Shown: positions 40,698 to 50,536 of the stretch, piece by piece
Position numbering within the stretch: the stretch's first letter is position 1
How the letters are laid out: every line of letters starts with the position of its first letter
From: Candidatus Sulfomarinibacteraceae bacterium
Lineage (GTDB): Bacteria; Acidobacteriota; Thermoanaerobaculia; Thermoanaerobaculales; Sulfomarinibacteraceae
Assembly: GCA_963796455.1 (NCBI GenBank)
Contig: CAWCLO010000004.1
Location: 160,001 to 224,000, forward strand
DNA: 64,000 nt
Direction of reading: 5' to 3'
Notes under the pieces: generated by a model
What the model was told of the DNA's origin: nothing
What the model saw: the letters and a program-made list of their open reading frames with translations, nothing else
The model's database searches: none
Program-made: the position numbers and the translations under genes

Positions 40698-42113
40698 TCA
40701 GCCTTGGACCACGGTCCACCCACCAAATCCGGACTCAAAGTCATCGTTGAAGATGTCCTGGCCGCCGGGCTCACCGGAGCCACCGGCACCGAATTCGAAG
40801 GCCCCGAGATCCACGATGGCAGACCCGTTGCCGTCGCCGTCCGCGGGACGATCGTTGCCTTCACAGTCTTTTGCGGCTGCGAGCGCGTTCGAACCGGCGT
40901 CGATGGCCGGGGAGGTATCGGGAATCTTGAAGTTCTGGGCGCCTGGATTGACGAGGAGGGGATTCGACTGAATCGAATTGGAGCCCCATCCGTATCCGTT
41001 TTGACTGCGGAACTGGCTGACGGAGCCGGTCCTCCACGGCGGCCAGGAGACGACATTCGAGGAACTCGGCGACCACATGAGATTGTGGCTGGTTTCGATG
41101 GTCGGAAGGTTGTTGCCCTCTTCGTAGATCACCATCGCCGGGCCGTCACCGCGCGACACCATGAGGTTGTTGTGCACGGTATGACCTCTGCCCCAGAGAG
41201 AGATTTCGCCGGTGCCGTCATACCTTCCGAGACTGTTTTTCCAGCAGGTGTTGTTACGGATGGTGGCGTTGTCACTGTTGAAGATGTCCATGCACCAGCC
41301 TTCGTTTTCCCAGATCACGTTGTTTTCGATCAGGGCGCTGGCTGACGCGGTGCAATAGTCCAAAATGATCCCGTGACCCTCGGTCTCGCGATAGTCTTCG
41401 TCGGTATTGCCCCAGATGTGGTTGCCGCGAACAACGTTTTCGCCTTCGCACTCCCAGAGCGAGATCGGGCTCGTCCAACCGGTCAGATAATTATCGTGGA
41501 TTCGGCAATTCTCGATGGTCAGTGACGCCGCCCTCTGCGAACTGATCCCACCCCAGACACAACCGGAGAGATCGACGTTTTTGATTACGATGTCGCTCGA
41601 CTCCGAAACCATGATGCCCACCTCGGGGAATCCTTCGATGACGAATCCGTTGATCTCGACGTATTGAGGCGTAAAGCCGCCGCCTCCGGCCGCGATCACG
41701 CCGTAGATAGCTCCACCACTGGGATTGAGGACCACATTCTCGCCGGGTGCGGCGATAAATTTGATTGGGGACTGTTTGGTACCGCTGACGCAGATTTGCA
41801 GGACCGCTGCGCCCCAGCTCAGAGGATGTTGATGGTGAGTCTCAGAATAGACCCCTTCTCTGACATAGACAACATCACCGCTCTGGACGTCGGTGCCCGC
41901 TTTGGCCAGGGTGCACCACGGAGCGGATTGCGAGACCTGATTGCGTGCCCGATTGTCGTTGCACTGGCCGCCAAGCGAATTCCGGTCGACCCAGAGCTCG
42001 GCGGCACTGGCCGAGGAGGTCACGACGAAAAACACTATAAATGCAAGTAAATAAATAACTTGTATCTTAGACAATCGATTTTTCGCGACCTGAAAACCGA
42101 GAAAATTTGACAT
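40698..42113 (-). CDS. Secreted right-handed parallel beta-helix protein, paralog 1
   Basis: Signal peptide, 'APWCTL', N/I-rich coils, 'SPAIDAG...DLGAFE' (choice-of-anchor Q-like) and 'IFNDDFESG' tail; GGAGGG RBS. Confidence 0.85.
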   Translation of the reverse strand: MSNFLGFQVAKNRLSKIQVIYLLAFIVFFVVTSSASAAELWVDRNSLGGQCNDNRARNQVSQSAPWCTLAKAGTDVQSGDVVYVREGVYSETHHQHPLSWGAAVLQICVSGTKQSPIKFIAAPGENVVLNPSGGAIYGVIAAGGGGFTPQYVEINGFVIEGFPEVGIMVSESSDIVIKNVDLSGCVWGGISSQRAASLTIENCRIHDNYLTGWTSPISLWECEGENVVRGNHIWGNTDEDYRETEGHGIILDYCTASASALIENNVIWENEGWCMDIFNSDNATIRNNTCWKNSLGRYDGTGEISLWGRGHTVHNNLMVSRGDGPAMVIYEEGNNLPTIETSHNLMWSPSSSNVVSWPPWRTGSVSQFRSQNGYGWGSNSIQSNPLLVNPGAQNFKIPDTSPAIDAGSNALAAAKDCEGNDRPADGDGNGSAIVDLGAFEFGAGGSGEPGGQDIFNDDFESGFGGWTVVQG

Positions 42114-42467
42114 AGTTCCACCCTCCATACCAAAACGGTTAAAAATCGAATGCGGCGCGCTGTTCCGGGCTACGCCGCTCTCAACAAGGGCCCACTCCGA
42201 GATTTATGTTATTGGACATCGTTCCTCGAGACAGTGCTCCTGGTCACATTTACCGGGGATGTGATGAGAATGGTAGATCTGACAGGATTGCCGGTAAGTG
42301 CCCGAATTGCAGCGGCAGCGACAGTGTCCAGCGGCAGCGACAGGGATCAGGGGCTGGGAACAGCGATCAGCGGCAGCGATCAGGTCCGTTCCTGAACGCC
42401 ATTCAAGACTCTGTCTTGGAAAAAAGTTGCTTTTGGAATGAAGGGGAAAGTCAGGGCTCGGACCGGT

Positions 42468-43823
42468 TCAGGGTTGGGTTCCCGTCCAGGCCGAGGTGCT
42501 GCCGCCTTCGAAACTGTCTTCGAAGATCCCGGTGAACTCGTAGGCACCCAGATCGGTCTGCGCGCTGCCATCCCCATTGCCGTCAACCGGTCGCAAGACA
42601 CCGATGGCGTCTTTGTCCGCGCCATCGGCATCGCTGCCTGCGTCGATGGCTGGCGATGGCGGAGTGGGGTCGAAGGAATGGGATGCCGGTGCCCTGAGCA
42701 ATGGGTCCACCTGGATCGAGTTCTGCCCCCAGCCATATGGGTTCGCCTGTTGAAACTCGGCCACGGTGTCCACGTTCCACGGCGGCCAGATCACCACATT
42801 CTGACGATTTGGCGACCACATGAGGTTGGAGCCTGTTGCGACCGTGCTGAGGTCTCCGTCCCTTTCATAATCAAAAATGAGGAGGGCGGGGCCGCCCTCA
42901 CGGGAAACGAGGATGTTGTTGTGTGCCGACAACTGATTGCCCCGGAGCGACAGTTCACCCGTTCCGTTGTTGCGGCCGAGGCTGTTCTGCCAACAGGTGT
43001 TGTTGCGGATGGTGGCGCCGTCGCTTTGGTAAATAAGGATGCACCAACCTTCGTTGTCCCAGATCACGTTGTTTTCGATCAAGGCACCACCGAGTTCAAA
43101 ACAACTGTCCATGATGATGCCGTGACCTTCGGTCTCGTCGGGGTGCTCGTCGGTATTGGCCCAGATACGGTTGCCGCGGATGACGTTTTCATCTTCGCAT
43201 TGCCAGAGATTGACCGCGCTGGTCCAGCCACCGATCGGGTTGTCATGGATTGATGAATTCTCGAGGGTGATGCGCCCGGCGTAGTTGGTTGAAAACGCCG
43301 CGTTCACACACCCGCTGATGTCGAGATCGCTGAGGGTGACATCGCTCGTCCGGTTGACGTAGACACAGATATCGGTGAATCCGCCGCTCACTTCGAAACC
43401 CGAGACCTCGATGAAACGAGGCGTGACACCCGTGCACTGTCCGACCACGATGCCCATTTCCGCCCCGCCGGCGGGCGAGAGGGCGACCCGTTCGCCCGGT
43501 TCGGCAACGAATTTGATCGGGTTTTGCGCCGTCCCGCTGACCACGACCTCCAGGACACTGGGCGAGCAACACAGAGGACAGGTGTTTCTTTCGGTATAGA
43601 CGCCGCCACGAACATGTACGGTATCGCCGGGTTGAACCAGGGTGGCGGGTGGGATCAGCGTGCACCACGGGGTTGATTTCGTGACCTGGGCACGGGAACG
43701 GGCGTCGCTGCATTGCCCGCCGAGCGAGTCACGATCGACCCACAGATCCGCTGCCATCGCCGGTGGAATGAAAAACAGAATTGCGAAAAGCCAACCGATC
43801 GCTGCAAATGTATGCGGCCGCAA
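42468..43823 (-). CDS. Secreted parallel beta-helix protein, paralog 2
   Basis: 'LWVDRDSLGGQC', 'ETEGHGIIMD', 'SPAIDAG', 'DLGAYE', 'IFEDSFEGG' tail; start uncertain (43823-43913). Confidence 0.82.
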   Translation of the reverse strand: MRPHTFAAIGWLFAILFFIPPAMAADLWVDRDSLGGQCSDARSRAQVTKSTPWCTLIPPATLVQPGDTVHVRGGVYTERNTCPLCCSPSVLEVVVSGTAQNPIKFVAEPGERVALSPAGGAEMGIVVGQCTGVTPRFIEVSGFEVSGGFTDICVYVNRTSDVTLSDLDISGCVNAAFSTNYAGRITLENSSIHDNPIGGWTSAVNLWQCEDENVIRGNRIWANTDEHPDETEGHGIIMDSCFELGGALIENNVIWDNEGWCILIYQSDGATIRNNTCWQNSLGRNNGTGELSLRGNQLSAHNNILVSREGGPALLIFDYERDGDLSTVATGSNLMWSPNRQNVVIWPPWNVDTVAEFQQANPYGWGQNSIQVDPLLRAPASHSFDPTPPSPAIDAGSDADGADKDAIGVLRPVDGNGDGSAQTDLGAYEFTGIFEDSFEGGSTSAWTGTQP

Positions 43824-43963
43824 CAGATTCGGTCGCGAGAAGCACTCTGCAGACCTGACCCGAAAACCCTTCGGGCACAAGATGCACGGTGCATGCGGGC
43901 GGTTATGGTTCACTGGCAGATCCTTGTTGAAAGATAGCACAAAACCGGGCGAACAACCGTGGA

Positions 43964-45514
43964 TCATGGGGAGGGTTGGGATCGCCTGGCCCGGATCCTC
44001 ATGGATGACAGCGATTTCGCCAAATCTTCGATTCTTTTTCGACCGAAGGGATTCCGGCCGGGCGAGGTGCTCATTCGAGCCTTTTCGAGCTCGGCAACGA
44101 CCCGGTCGAAAGGGGCATCCACGGTCACGAGTTCCCCGTCGATACTGATTCGCGCAATGTTCGCGACGCCTCGTGCCACCCTTTCGGCCGCAACTACAGA
44201 CAATGAGGGCGAGTCGGGCGATGAGGTCAGAACTGCGGTGATGTTCTGTTCGACTGCGGATCTGAAACGAGGCCGCAAGGCTGACATTTTTTCGTGAAAG
44301 ACCACCATCTGATCGGCCCCGCCGGCGGCCGATCGTGACGCCAGACCGGCCAGCGGCTGCCGCATCTCTTCCATCACGATCGCGAGGTCGGAGTCGGCTC
44401 CCTCGACGATCTCGTCTCCGGCGCCCAATGAAGAAAACCAACTCATGATCCCGTTGGCAAAGGATATGAATCGTCCAGGTCGGTCATCGGGTGTTGATTC
44501 TGCGCCGGGCCACCAGATATTGAAACCAAATGGGGTGTTTCGGTCGCTCTCATCGCCGAACTGCAGGTCGAAAGGAGGGCGGCCGGTGCGGGGGAAAGCC
44601 ATATTCCCGGCGATATCCAGGTTTGTACCGAGCACCGAGAGCTCACCAGTGTCGTTTCCGCGCCCCAGCCCATTGCCCACACAGGTGTTGTTGCGAACGG
44701 TCACATTCGAGGAATGGAAAACGTGGACACACCACCCCTCGTTGTCCCAGATGACGTTGTCTTCGACGATCGCGCCTCCCCAGTCCTCGCAATAGTCGAG
44801 GATGATGCCGTGTCCCTCGGTCTCGCGAGCGTCCTCGTCGGTGTTGCTCCAGATCGCGTTTCTCCGCAGGATGTTTCCGTCCTGGCAGGTCCACAGGGAT
44901 ATGGCGCTGATCCAGCCCTCGAGTGCGTTATGGTGGATGCGGCTGTCCTCGATCGTCACTCGCGCCGAGTGTTGGGTGCCGATGGCCCCCCAGCGACAAT
45001 TAGTGACCTCGATATTTTTGAGGACAACATCACCGGTGCCTTCGATCATGACGCCGAGTTGATCGAAGTCCCGGATCTCGATATTCGAGACCTCGATATG
45101 ACGAGGTTGGAAGTCCTGATTTCCGGCGACCAGGACCCCGTAGTCGGCACCACCCGAGCCCGAGAAGACCACTGATTCTCCCGTTTCGCCCATAAAAATG
45201 ATTGGTGCCTCCGGAGTCCCGCTGACAACCATCTGCAAGACCGCCGAGTCCCAGCAATGTTCGTTTCCGGTGTGAATCGCGGTGTATTCGCCGCCTCGAA
45301 TGTGGACCACGTCTCCCGGCTGGACGTTGTTTGCCGCCTGCTTGAGCGTGCACCACGGTTCCGAGCGGCTCACATCGGATCGATCCCGGTGATCGGAACA
45401 GATCCCGCCTGTGGAGTCTTGATCGACCCAAAGGACTGCCGCTACAGCAACGGGACTCCACCAAAGGATCGCTACCGCAATCACCCGTGTGGCGATCGTC
45501 GGCAGTTGCGTCAT
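43964..45514 (-). CDS. Secreted parallel beta-helix protein, paralog 3 (different C-terminal domain)
   Basis: Same core 'NTDEDARETEGHGIILDYC'; lacks the DLGAYE tail. Confidence 0.82.
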   Translation of the reverse strand: MTQLPTIATRVIAVAILWWSPVAVAAVLWVDQDSTGGICSDHRDRSDVSRSEPWCTLKQAANNVQPGDVVHIRGGEYTAIHTGNEHCWDSAVLQMVVSGTPEAPIIFMGETGESVVFSGSGGADYGVLVAGNQDFQPRHIEVSNIEIRDFDQLGVMIEGTGDVVLKNIEVTNCRWGAIGTQHSARVTIEDSRIHHNALEGWISAISLWTCQDGNILRRNAIWSNTDEDARETEGHGIILDYCEDWGGAIVEDNVIWDNEGWCVHVFHSSNVTVRNNTCVGNGLGRGNDTGELSVLGTNLDIAGNMAFPRTGRPPFDLQFGDESDRNTPFGFNIWWPGAESTPDDRPGRFISFANGIMSWFSSLGAGDEIVEGADSDLAIVMEEMRQPLAGLASRSAAGGADQMVVFHEKMSALRPRFRSAVEQNITAVLTSSPDSPSLSVVAAERVARGVANIARISIDGELVTVDAPFDRVVAELEKARMSTSPGRNPFGRKRIEDLAKSLSSMRIRARRSQPSP

Positions 45515-45520
45515 CTGGCC

Positions 45521-46993
45521 TCAGTCCTGGTTTGCGGAGTCTCGTTCGCTCCGCTGGACGCCCCGGGTTCGCGATTCTTTCCCGCTTTGTTGCGGGCGGA
45601 TCCTCCGGTCGACGCCGTCGTTGCGGTTTCGGATCAGCGGGTTGTATTCGTAGGCGCCTCGGTCGGAGGTTGCGCGACCGTCCCTGTCCCCATCGAGAGG
45701 CCGCGATTGTCCGACGGAATCGAATGCGGGAGACATGGAGTCGGTGGCGCTGTCGATGGCGGGGGACTCGCTCGATAATCTGAAATCGCCGAATGAAGGG
45801 GCGAGGAGTTTCGGGTCCTCCTCGATCGTGTTTTCGTCGAGACCATATTTCTCGTTTGCGTAGAGGGTGATGCCTCGAAATTCGCTCGAGTGACGAGCAG
45901 TCTTGGCCGTCTCTGGCGACCAGAAGATGTTGAAATCGGATACGATCGTGTCCGGGTTGCCACCGTCCCACATCTGAAAAGCCTGGGTTCCGTATCTGGC
46001 CACCAGAATGTTGTTGTGGACGGCGATCTCGTTGCCGACCGCCAGGATTTCTCCGGTGCCGTCGTATCGTTCTCGACTGTTTCGGTAGCACGTATTGTTC
46101 CGGACGGTGGCGTTCGAACTGAAGAAGACGTTGATGCACCAGCCTTCATTGTCCGAGATGACATTGTTCTCGACCAGCGCGCTCGCGGTGGATTCGCAGT
46201 AGTCCAGGATGATGCCGTGGCCTTCGGATTCGCGCCAATCTTCGTCGGTGTTGGCCCAGATGAAATTTCCCCGAAGGATATTTTCTCCCGTGCATTCCCA
46301 GAGGCTGATGGCGCTCGTCCAGCCCTCGAGGGCGTTGTCGTGGATGCTCGACGACTCGATGGTCACGCTGTTGGATTGAATAGACCCGATCGCCCCCCAC
46401 CTGCAACCGGAAACATCCAATTTTCTGAGGGTGATGTCGGAGGCGCCGGTGATCATCACTCCGACCTCCGGAAAACCTTCGACGACAAAACCTTCGACGA
46501 CCACGTGACGCGGGGTAAAACCGGTGCCTGCGGCCGCGAGGATGCCATGCTCGGCTCCACCGCCGCTGCCAAGGGTCACCGTTTCACCCGGAAACGCCTT
46601 CCAGAGGATTGGAGCTTGTTGTGTGCCGCTGATCACCACCTGAAGAACCGCTGCGTTCCAGGCCTGGGGATGATCGGTGAGGATCTCCGTGTAGAGGCCT
46701 TCGCGAACGTACACCACGTCTCCTGGCTGGACCCTGTTGCCAGCCACTCCGATGGTGCACCAGGGCGCCGTAACGCTTACGTCCTGCCGGCTCCGGCCGT
46801 CGCTGCATTGGCCTCCGTAGGAGTTGCGATCCACCCACAGGTCGTTTGCTGCAACCGTCGCACCGCTGAGCACAACCGCAACGAGCGCCAGAATGCATCG
46901 CCGAATTCGGCCCGATCGCGGCGCGGAGCGTCCTGAAGAAGGACCCAGCGTCGGGCTTCTGTGCAGTCGGTGGGATGTGTGTAAATGCGTCAT
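45521..46993 (-). CDS. Secreted parallel beta-helix protein, paralog 4
   Basis: Same core; 'SPAIDS...DRGAYE' and Arg-rich tail. Confidence 0.82.
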   Translation of the reverse strand: MTHLHTSHRLHRSPTLGPSSGRSAPRSGRIRRCILALVAVVLSGATVAANDLWVDRNSYGGQCSDGRSRQDVSVTAPWCTIGVAGNRVQPGDVVYVREGLYTEILTDHPQAWNAAVLQVVISGTQQAPILWKAFPGETVTLGSGGGAEHGILAAAGTGFTPRHVVVEGFVVEGFPEVGVMITGASDITLRKLDVSGCRWGAIGSIQSNSVTIESSSIHDNALEGWTSAISLWECTGENILRGNFIWANTDEDWRESEGHGIILDYCESTASALVENNVISDNEGWCINVFFSSNATVRNNTCYRNSRERYDGTGEILAVGNEIAVHNNILVARYGTQAFQMWDGGNPDTIVSDFNIFWSPETAKTARHSSEFRGITLYANEKYGLDENTIEEDPKLLAPSFGDFRLSSESPAIDSATDSMSPAFDSVGQSRPLDGDRDGRATSDRGAYEYNPLIRNRNDGVDRRIRPQQSGKESRTRGVQRSERDSANQD

Positions 46994-47212
46994 GATGCCA
47001 CGATTCAAAGCCGACCTGCCGCTCGATTCGGAGAGCAGACCATTCAACTCGTCCTCTCGAGCGGGATAACCCCTGAACTATATAGGATATTGCACTCTCG
47101 GGGAGCGGTGTCGTCGTTAAAAAAGGGTCAAAATTCTTTTTGCGAGAGAGGGGCCGGTGGGTTGTCGTGTATCCGATCCGCCGGATTCGGCAGATCCGGG
47201 TCGCAAATGAAA

Positions 47213-47235
47213 TGCCCCGGCTCGAGGCCGGGGCA
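47213..47235 (-). terminator. Intrinsic terminator of the blaI-M56 operon
   Basis: TGCCCCGGC stem followed by TTTCATTT on the minus strand. Confidence 0.65.
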
Positions 47236-47262
47236 GGATATCGGTTCCGATGAATCGATGGG

Positions 47263-49188
47263 TCAGTTCATGCTGATCGTCAATGGTGACAGACCGATCA
47301 CGGTGTCTTCGATGGCGCTGTCGAAGTTGCTCTGCGTGCCGATTCGTTGATCGGAGAAGAGGTCGGTCAAGATCTGCCGCGTCTCCGTTTTTGATGCTCT
47401 GAATCGAATCATCTCGTCGTCGACATTGATGTGGGCGTCGTCGACGATTCGTTGGGCAGCTTCGGAGAAATCGGCGTCCGGCGCCGTCACGCTGCCAAGT
47501 TTCTCGCGTAGATAGGACTCCACCTCGGTTTCGAGCGCATCCTCAAACCGTTCACCCAGACGTTCCATCTCCTCGTGGAAGGGCTCCATTTCTTTGTGGA
47601 TCTTCTCCATCTGCTCGTGGAAAGGCTCCATGTCGATGTGGATCTGTTCCATCTGCGCGTGGATGGGCTCCATATCGATGTGGACCTCGGCCATCTCTTC
47701 GTGGAGGTGCTCCATCTCCTGGTGGATTTGCTCCATCTGTTCGTGGAAGGGCTCAAGATTGACGTGGAGGTCTTCGAGTTGACTCATGTGGATCGACATC
47801 TGTTCGTGGATCTGCTCCTGGACCTCCGCAAGGGTTCCGTCTTCGATGTGGATCTGGATGCCTTCGAGCTGTTGTTGCAGTCCGTCCATCTTGACCACAA
47901 AGGGCTCCATGTCGATTTCGATGGCCTCGAGGCGTTCGAGGTATGGCTCCATCTTTGCTTCGATTTCTGCAATTTTTTCGTCATCGATGGTGATCTCGAT
48001 ATCCGAAAGCATCTCGATCTGGGGCTCCATATCGATCTGGATGTCTTCGATCGTCGCCAGGAACGGTTCCATCTTTGCTTCGATGCTAGCCATCTCGGTG
48101 GCGATTTGTTTGAGCTCTGATCCCGCCTCTCTAGGTTGCGGATCACTCGGGTAGACGGCTGCCAATGCCGGGACCATGGCAGCCATGGCGATGATTGCGG
48201 GAATCAGAACCGCGGTACCGACGCGGCGGTGATTTTTGTGGTCGAGAATACTCATGATGCGTTCCTCCATGTGGGTTCTGCGAGCCATCCCCAGTGCCGG
48301 GATGGCGGGAGCGGGACACGGCAAAGCGTTACGGGCGATGCCGAGCAGGTGGCAGGCATAACTCGAAGCGCGGGTTCCGAGGGCGATGACCTCCTCGTCA
48401 CACGCGAGTTCTTGTTCGAGATCGAGTCGTCGGGTGGCCCACCACGCGAGCGGGTTGAACCAATAGGCGGCTCGGGTGAGCCGGGCAATCGTTCGCATGG
48501 GCCAATCGAATCGGGCGATATGAACCGTTTCGTGGAGCAGCACGGCCTGGCGGCGCCCCCAGACCCATCGCTCGGCACCCAGGGGCAGCACGATGGCCGG
48601 TCTGAAAACGCCGACGGTGGCGGGGATCTCGACTTCGGTGCTGGTCAGGAGCCGGATTTTTCGACGACACCCGGTCTGCTCGCGCGCTGCCGCCAGCATG
48701 CCGAGCCAATGGGCATCATCCACAACACTGGAAGCTCGGAGGCACGATGTCATCCGCCACAGACCGATGGCGAGCCGAAGCAACATGAGCCCGAATCCGA
48801 CAGCCCAGACGGCAAGGATGGTCGCCTTCCAGTTGATCGGCGGGGTGTTTCGGGCCGGTGGAGCGGTGACGGAGAACTCCGGGATGTGAACGACTCCCGA
48901 GTGCCCGCCGACTATATCCTCGCTGATCTGGAGATCGATGCGTGCTGTGGTCTGAACCGCCTGGTCGGCGGTAGCCCACTGCGCGAGGCCTTCCGGCACC
49001 GGTAGCGACAGTTCCGGAAGGAAGGGCGCCACGGCCGGAATCACCAGACATCCCGCCAAGGCGGTTCCCCACACCGCGGCCCGAAGCCGGGCCGACCGGT
49101 TGCGAAGGGCGAAGGCGAACCCGCCGGCCGCTATCAACAACAACAGGGCCTTGAGCGACCCCAGTACCAGGGTCAGGATCGTGGTCAT
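47263..49188 (-). CDS. M56 (BlaR1/MecR1-type) metallopeptidase with repetitive C-terminal domain
   Basis: 'LLHETVH', 'YWFNPLAW', 'ELACDE', 'YACHLL', 'EERI'. Confidence 0.92.
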   Translation of the reverse strand: MTTILTLVLGSLKALLLLIAAGGFAFALRNRSARLRAAVWGTALAGCLVIPAVAPFLPELSLPVPEGLAQWATADQAVQTTARIDLQISEDIVGGHSGVVHIPEFSVTAPPARNTPPINWKATILAVWAVGFGLMLLRLAIGLWRMTSCLRASSVVDDAHWLGMLAAAREQTGCRRKIRLLTSTEVEIPATVGVFRPAIVLPLGAERWVWGRRQAVLLHETVHIARFDWPMRTIARLTRAAYWFNPLAWWATRRLDLEQELACDEEVIALGTRASSYACHLLGIARNALPCPAPAIPALGMARRTHMEERIMSILDHKNHRRVGTAVLIPAIIAMAAMVPALAAVYPSDPQPREAGSELKQIATEMASIEAKMEPFLATIEDIQIDMEPQIEMLSDIEITIDDEKIAEIEAKMEPYLERLEAIEIDMEPFVVKMDGLQQQLEGIQIHIEDGTLAEVQEQIHEQMSIHMSQLEDLHVNLEPFHEQMEQIHQEMEHLHEEMAEVHIDMEPIHAQMEQIHIDMEPFHEQMEKIHKEMEPFHEEMERLGERFEDALETEVESYLREKLGSVTAPDADFSEAAQRIVDDAHINVDDEMIRFRASKTETRQILTDLFSDQRIGTQSNFDSAIEDTVIGLSPLTISMN

Positions 49189-49574
49189 TGGTTTTCCTCC
49201 CGCCGCACCGCGTCGATCCTTCGTGCCAGGCGTCGCAGGGCCTCTTCATCCAATTGATCACTCTCGAGGTCGAGGAGGGCCGCCATGGCGCCCTCGGGGG
49301 AGCCGCCGAAAAAGGTCCGGACCAGGCGGCGGAGCGCATTTTCACTGGCTTCCTCGTGCGGAACTGTCGGTAGAAACACGTACCGGGGGCCGTCCTGTTC
49401 GTGGCGGATGTGGCCCTTTTCTTCGAGAATCCGGAGCATTGCCCGGACCGCCGAGTACGATGGGGGATCCGGCATCCGCTCGCGGACCTCGGCCGAGGTC
49501 ACCCGGCCCATTTCGTACACGATCCCCATGATCTGTCGTTCGCGCCGGCTCAGATCTGCGGTGTCTGCTGTCAT
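49185..49574 (-). CDS. BlaI/MecI/CopY family repressor
   Basis: 'LSRRERQIM', 'SYSAVRAMLRILEEKG', 'FFGGS'. Confidence 0.93.
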   Translation of the reverse strand: MTADTADLSRRERQIMGIVYEMGRVTSAEVRERMPDPPSYSAVRAMLRILEEKGHIRHEQDGPRYVFLPTVPHEEASENALRRLVRTFFGGSPEGAMAALLDLESDQLDEEALRRLARRIDAVRREENQ

Positions 49575-49616
49575 CGGTCCTCCACGTTCGGTCTGATGTC
49601 GATGGCCATCGACTGG

Positions 49617-49670
49617 TGCTAATAAATTAGCATCATGCTAAGAATCTAGCACCTGATATTGATTTGTCAA
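49617..49670 (-). promoter_or_regulatory. sigma70-type promoter overlapped by two tandem palindromic BlaI-type operators
   Basis: TTGACA (49670-49665), TGnTAGATT -10; palindromes TGCTAATAAATTAGCA (49617-49632) and TGCTAAGAATCTAGCA (49636-49651). Confidence 0.75.
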
Positions 49671-49735
49671 GACCCGTTCCAGTTTTCTTTACGGAATTTG
49701 GTGGTTCGGGGTTCGGATCCGCGGGGGATTCCGAA

Positions 49736-49805
49736 GTGCAGCCGGGACGGCTGCACCACCATGGCGCTCAGCTGTTTATCCTGGTGGTGCAGGCGTCCCG
49801 CCTGC
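49736..49805. repeat. REP doublet (REPIN-like), left copy
   Basis: Two GTGG-tailed palindromes in opposite orientation; identical to 50461-50530. Confidence 0.88.
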
Positions 49806-49841
49806 CCATTTTCGCTGTGGCGATGCAATACTGAGTAAAGA

Positions 49842-50456
49842 ATGACTCCCGAAAATAGACGCGGACCGCTTTTCCCCGAACGGTTTGTCGACCCGAAGTC
49901 GCGACCCTTCACATCGACGAAATGGAGGGGAAACCTGCCGCACATCTACAAAGAAGGCGGCACATACTTCGTTACATTTTGTCTTTTTGATGCGATGAAC
50001 CGCGGACGAAAAGGGCCAGAACGCTCCGACGATTGGACCGCCGTCGCAGAGAGCCTCGATACGGACCCAAGTATTGGTGCATGCATTCTGAGACGCCCGA
50101 CGATCGCGGGTTTGGTGGAAGGGGCACTCCTTTATTTTCAGGGTGAACGGTATTTGCTGAGCGCCTGGTGTGTGATGCCGAACCATGTCCATTGCGTGGT
50201 AACACCGGCTTCAGATCACGACCTGTCGAATGTTCTTCACTCATGGAAATCGTATACGGGTCATGCGATCAACAAACGGCTCAACCGGGAAGGCGTGGTG
50301 TGGCAGCAGGAGTCGTTCGATCATTTCGTTCGGAACCCGAGTGCCTTTGAACGCTTTGTCGCTTACACCGAAAACAACCCAGTGACCGCCGGGTTGTGTG
50401 ATCGTCCGGAAGATTGGTTGTTCAGCAGCGCAAGGCATCGGGGAAACCCGGGATGA
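49842..50456 (+). CDS. REP-associated tyrosine transposase (RAYT, Y1 HUH family)
   Basis: 'YFVTFCL', 'WCVMPNHVH', 'WKSYT', 'WQQESFDH', 'YTENNPV.AGL', flanked by REPs. Confidence 0.92.
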   Translation: MTPENRRGPLFPERFVDPKSRPFTSTKWRGNLPHIYKEGGTYFVTFCLFDAMNRGRKGPERSDDWTAVAESLDTDPSIGACILRRPTIAGLVEGALLYFQGERYLLSAWCVMPNHVHCVVTPASDHDLSNVLHSWKSYTGHAINKRLNREGVVWQQESFDHFVRNPSAFERFVAYTENNPVTAGLCDRPEDWLFSSARHRGNPG

Positions 50457-50460
50457 TTTT

Positions 50461-50530
50461 GTGCAGCCGGGACGGCTGCACCACCATGGCGCTCAGCTGT
50501 TTATCCTGGTGGTGCAGGCGTCCCGCCTGC
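50461..50530. repeat. REP doublet (REPIN-like), right copy
   Basis: 70-bp direct repeat of 49736-49805. Confidence 0.88.
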
Positions 50531-50536
50531 ACAGGC

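Noticed and set aside
43914..44441. Long N-terminal extension of the 657-aa ORF
   Set aside because: Overlaps paralog 3 in another frame; the signal peptide places the true start near 43823-43913
47540..47850. Possible CRISPR array from periodic DNA repeats
   Set aside because: The repeats are in-frame coding repeats of the M56 protein, with no unique spacers or cas genes
49842..50456. IS200/IS605 element with TnpB
   Set aside because: No tnpB adjacent; REP flanks and motifs fit a RAYT
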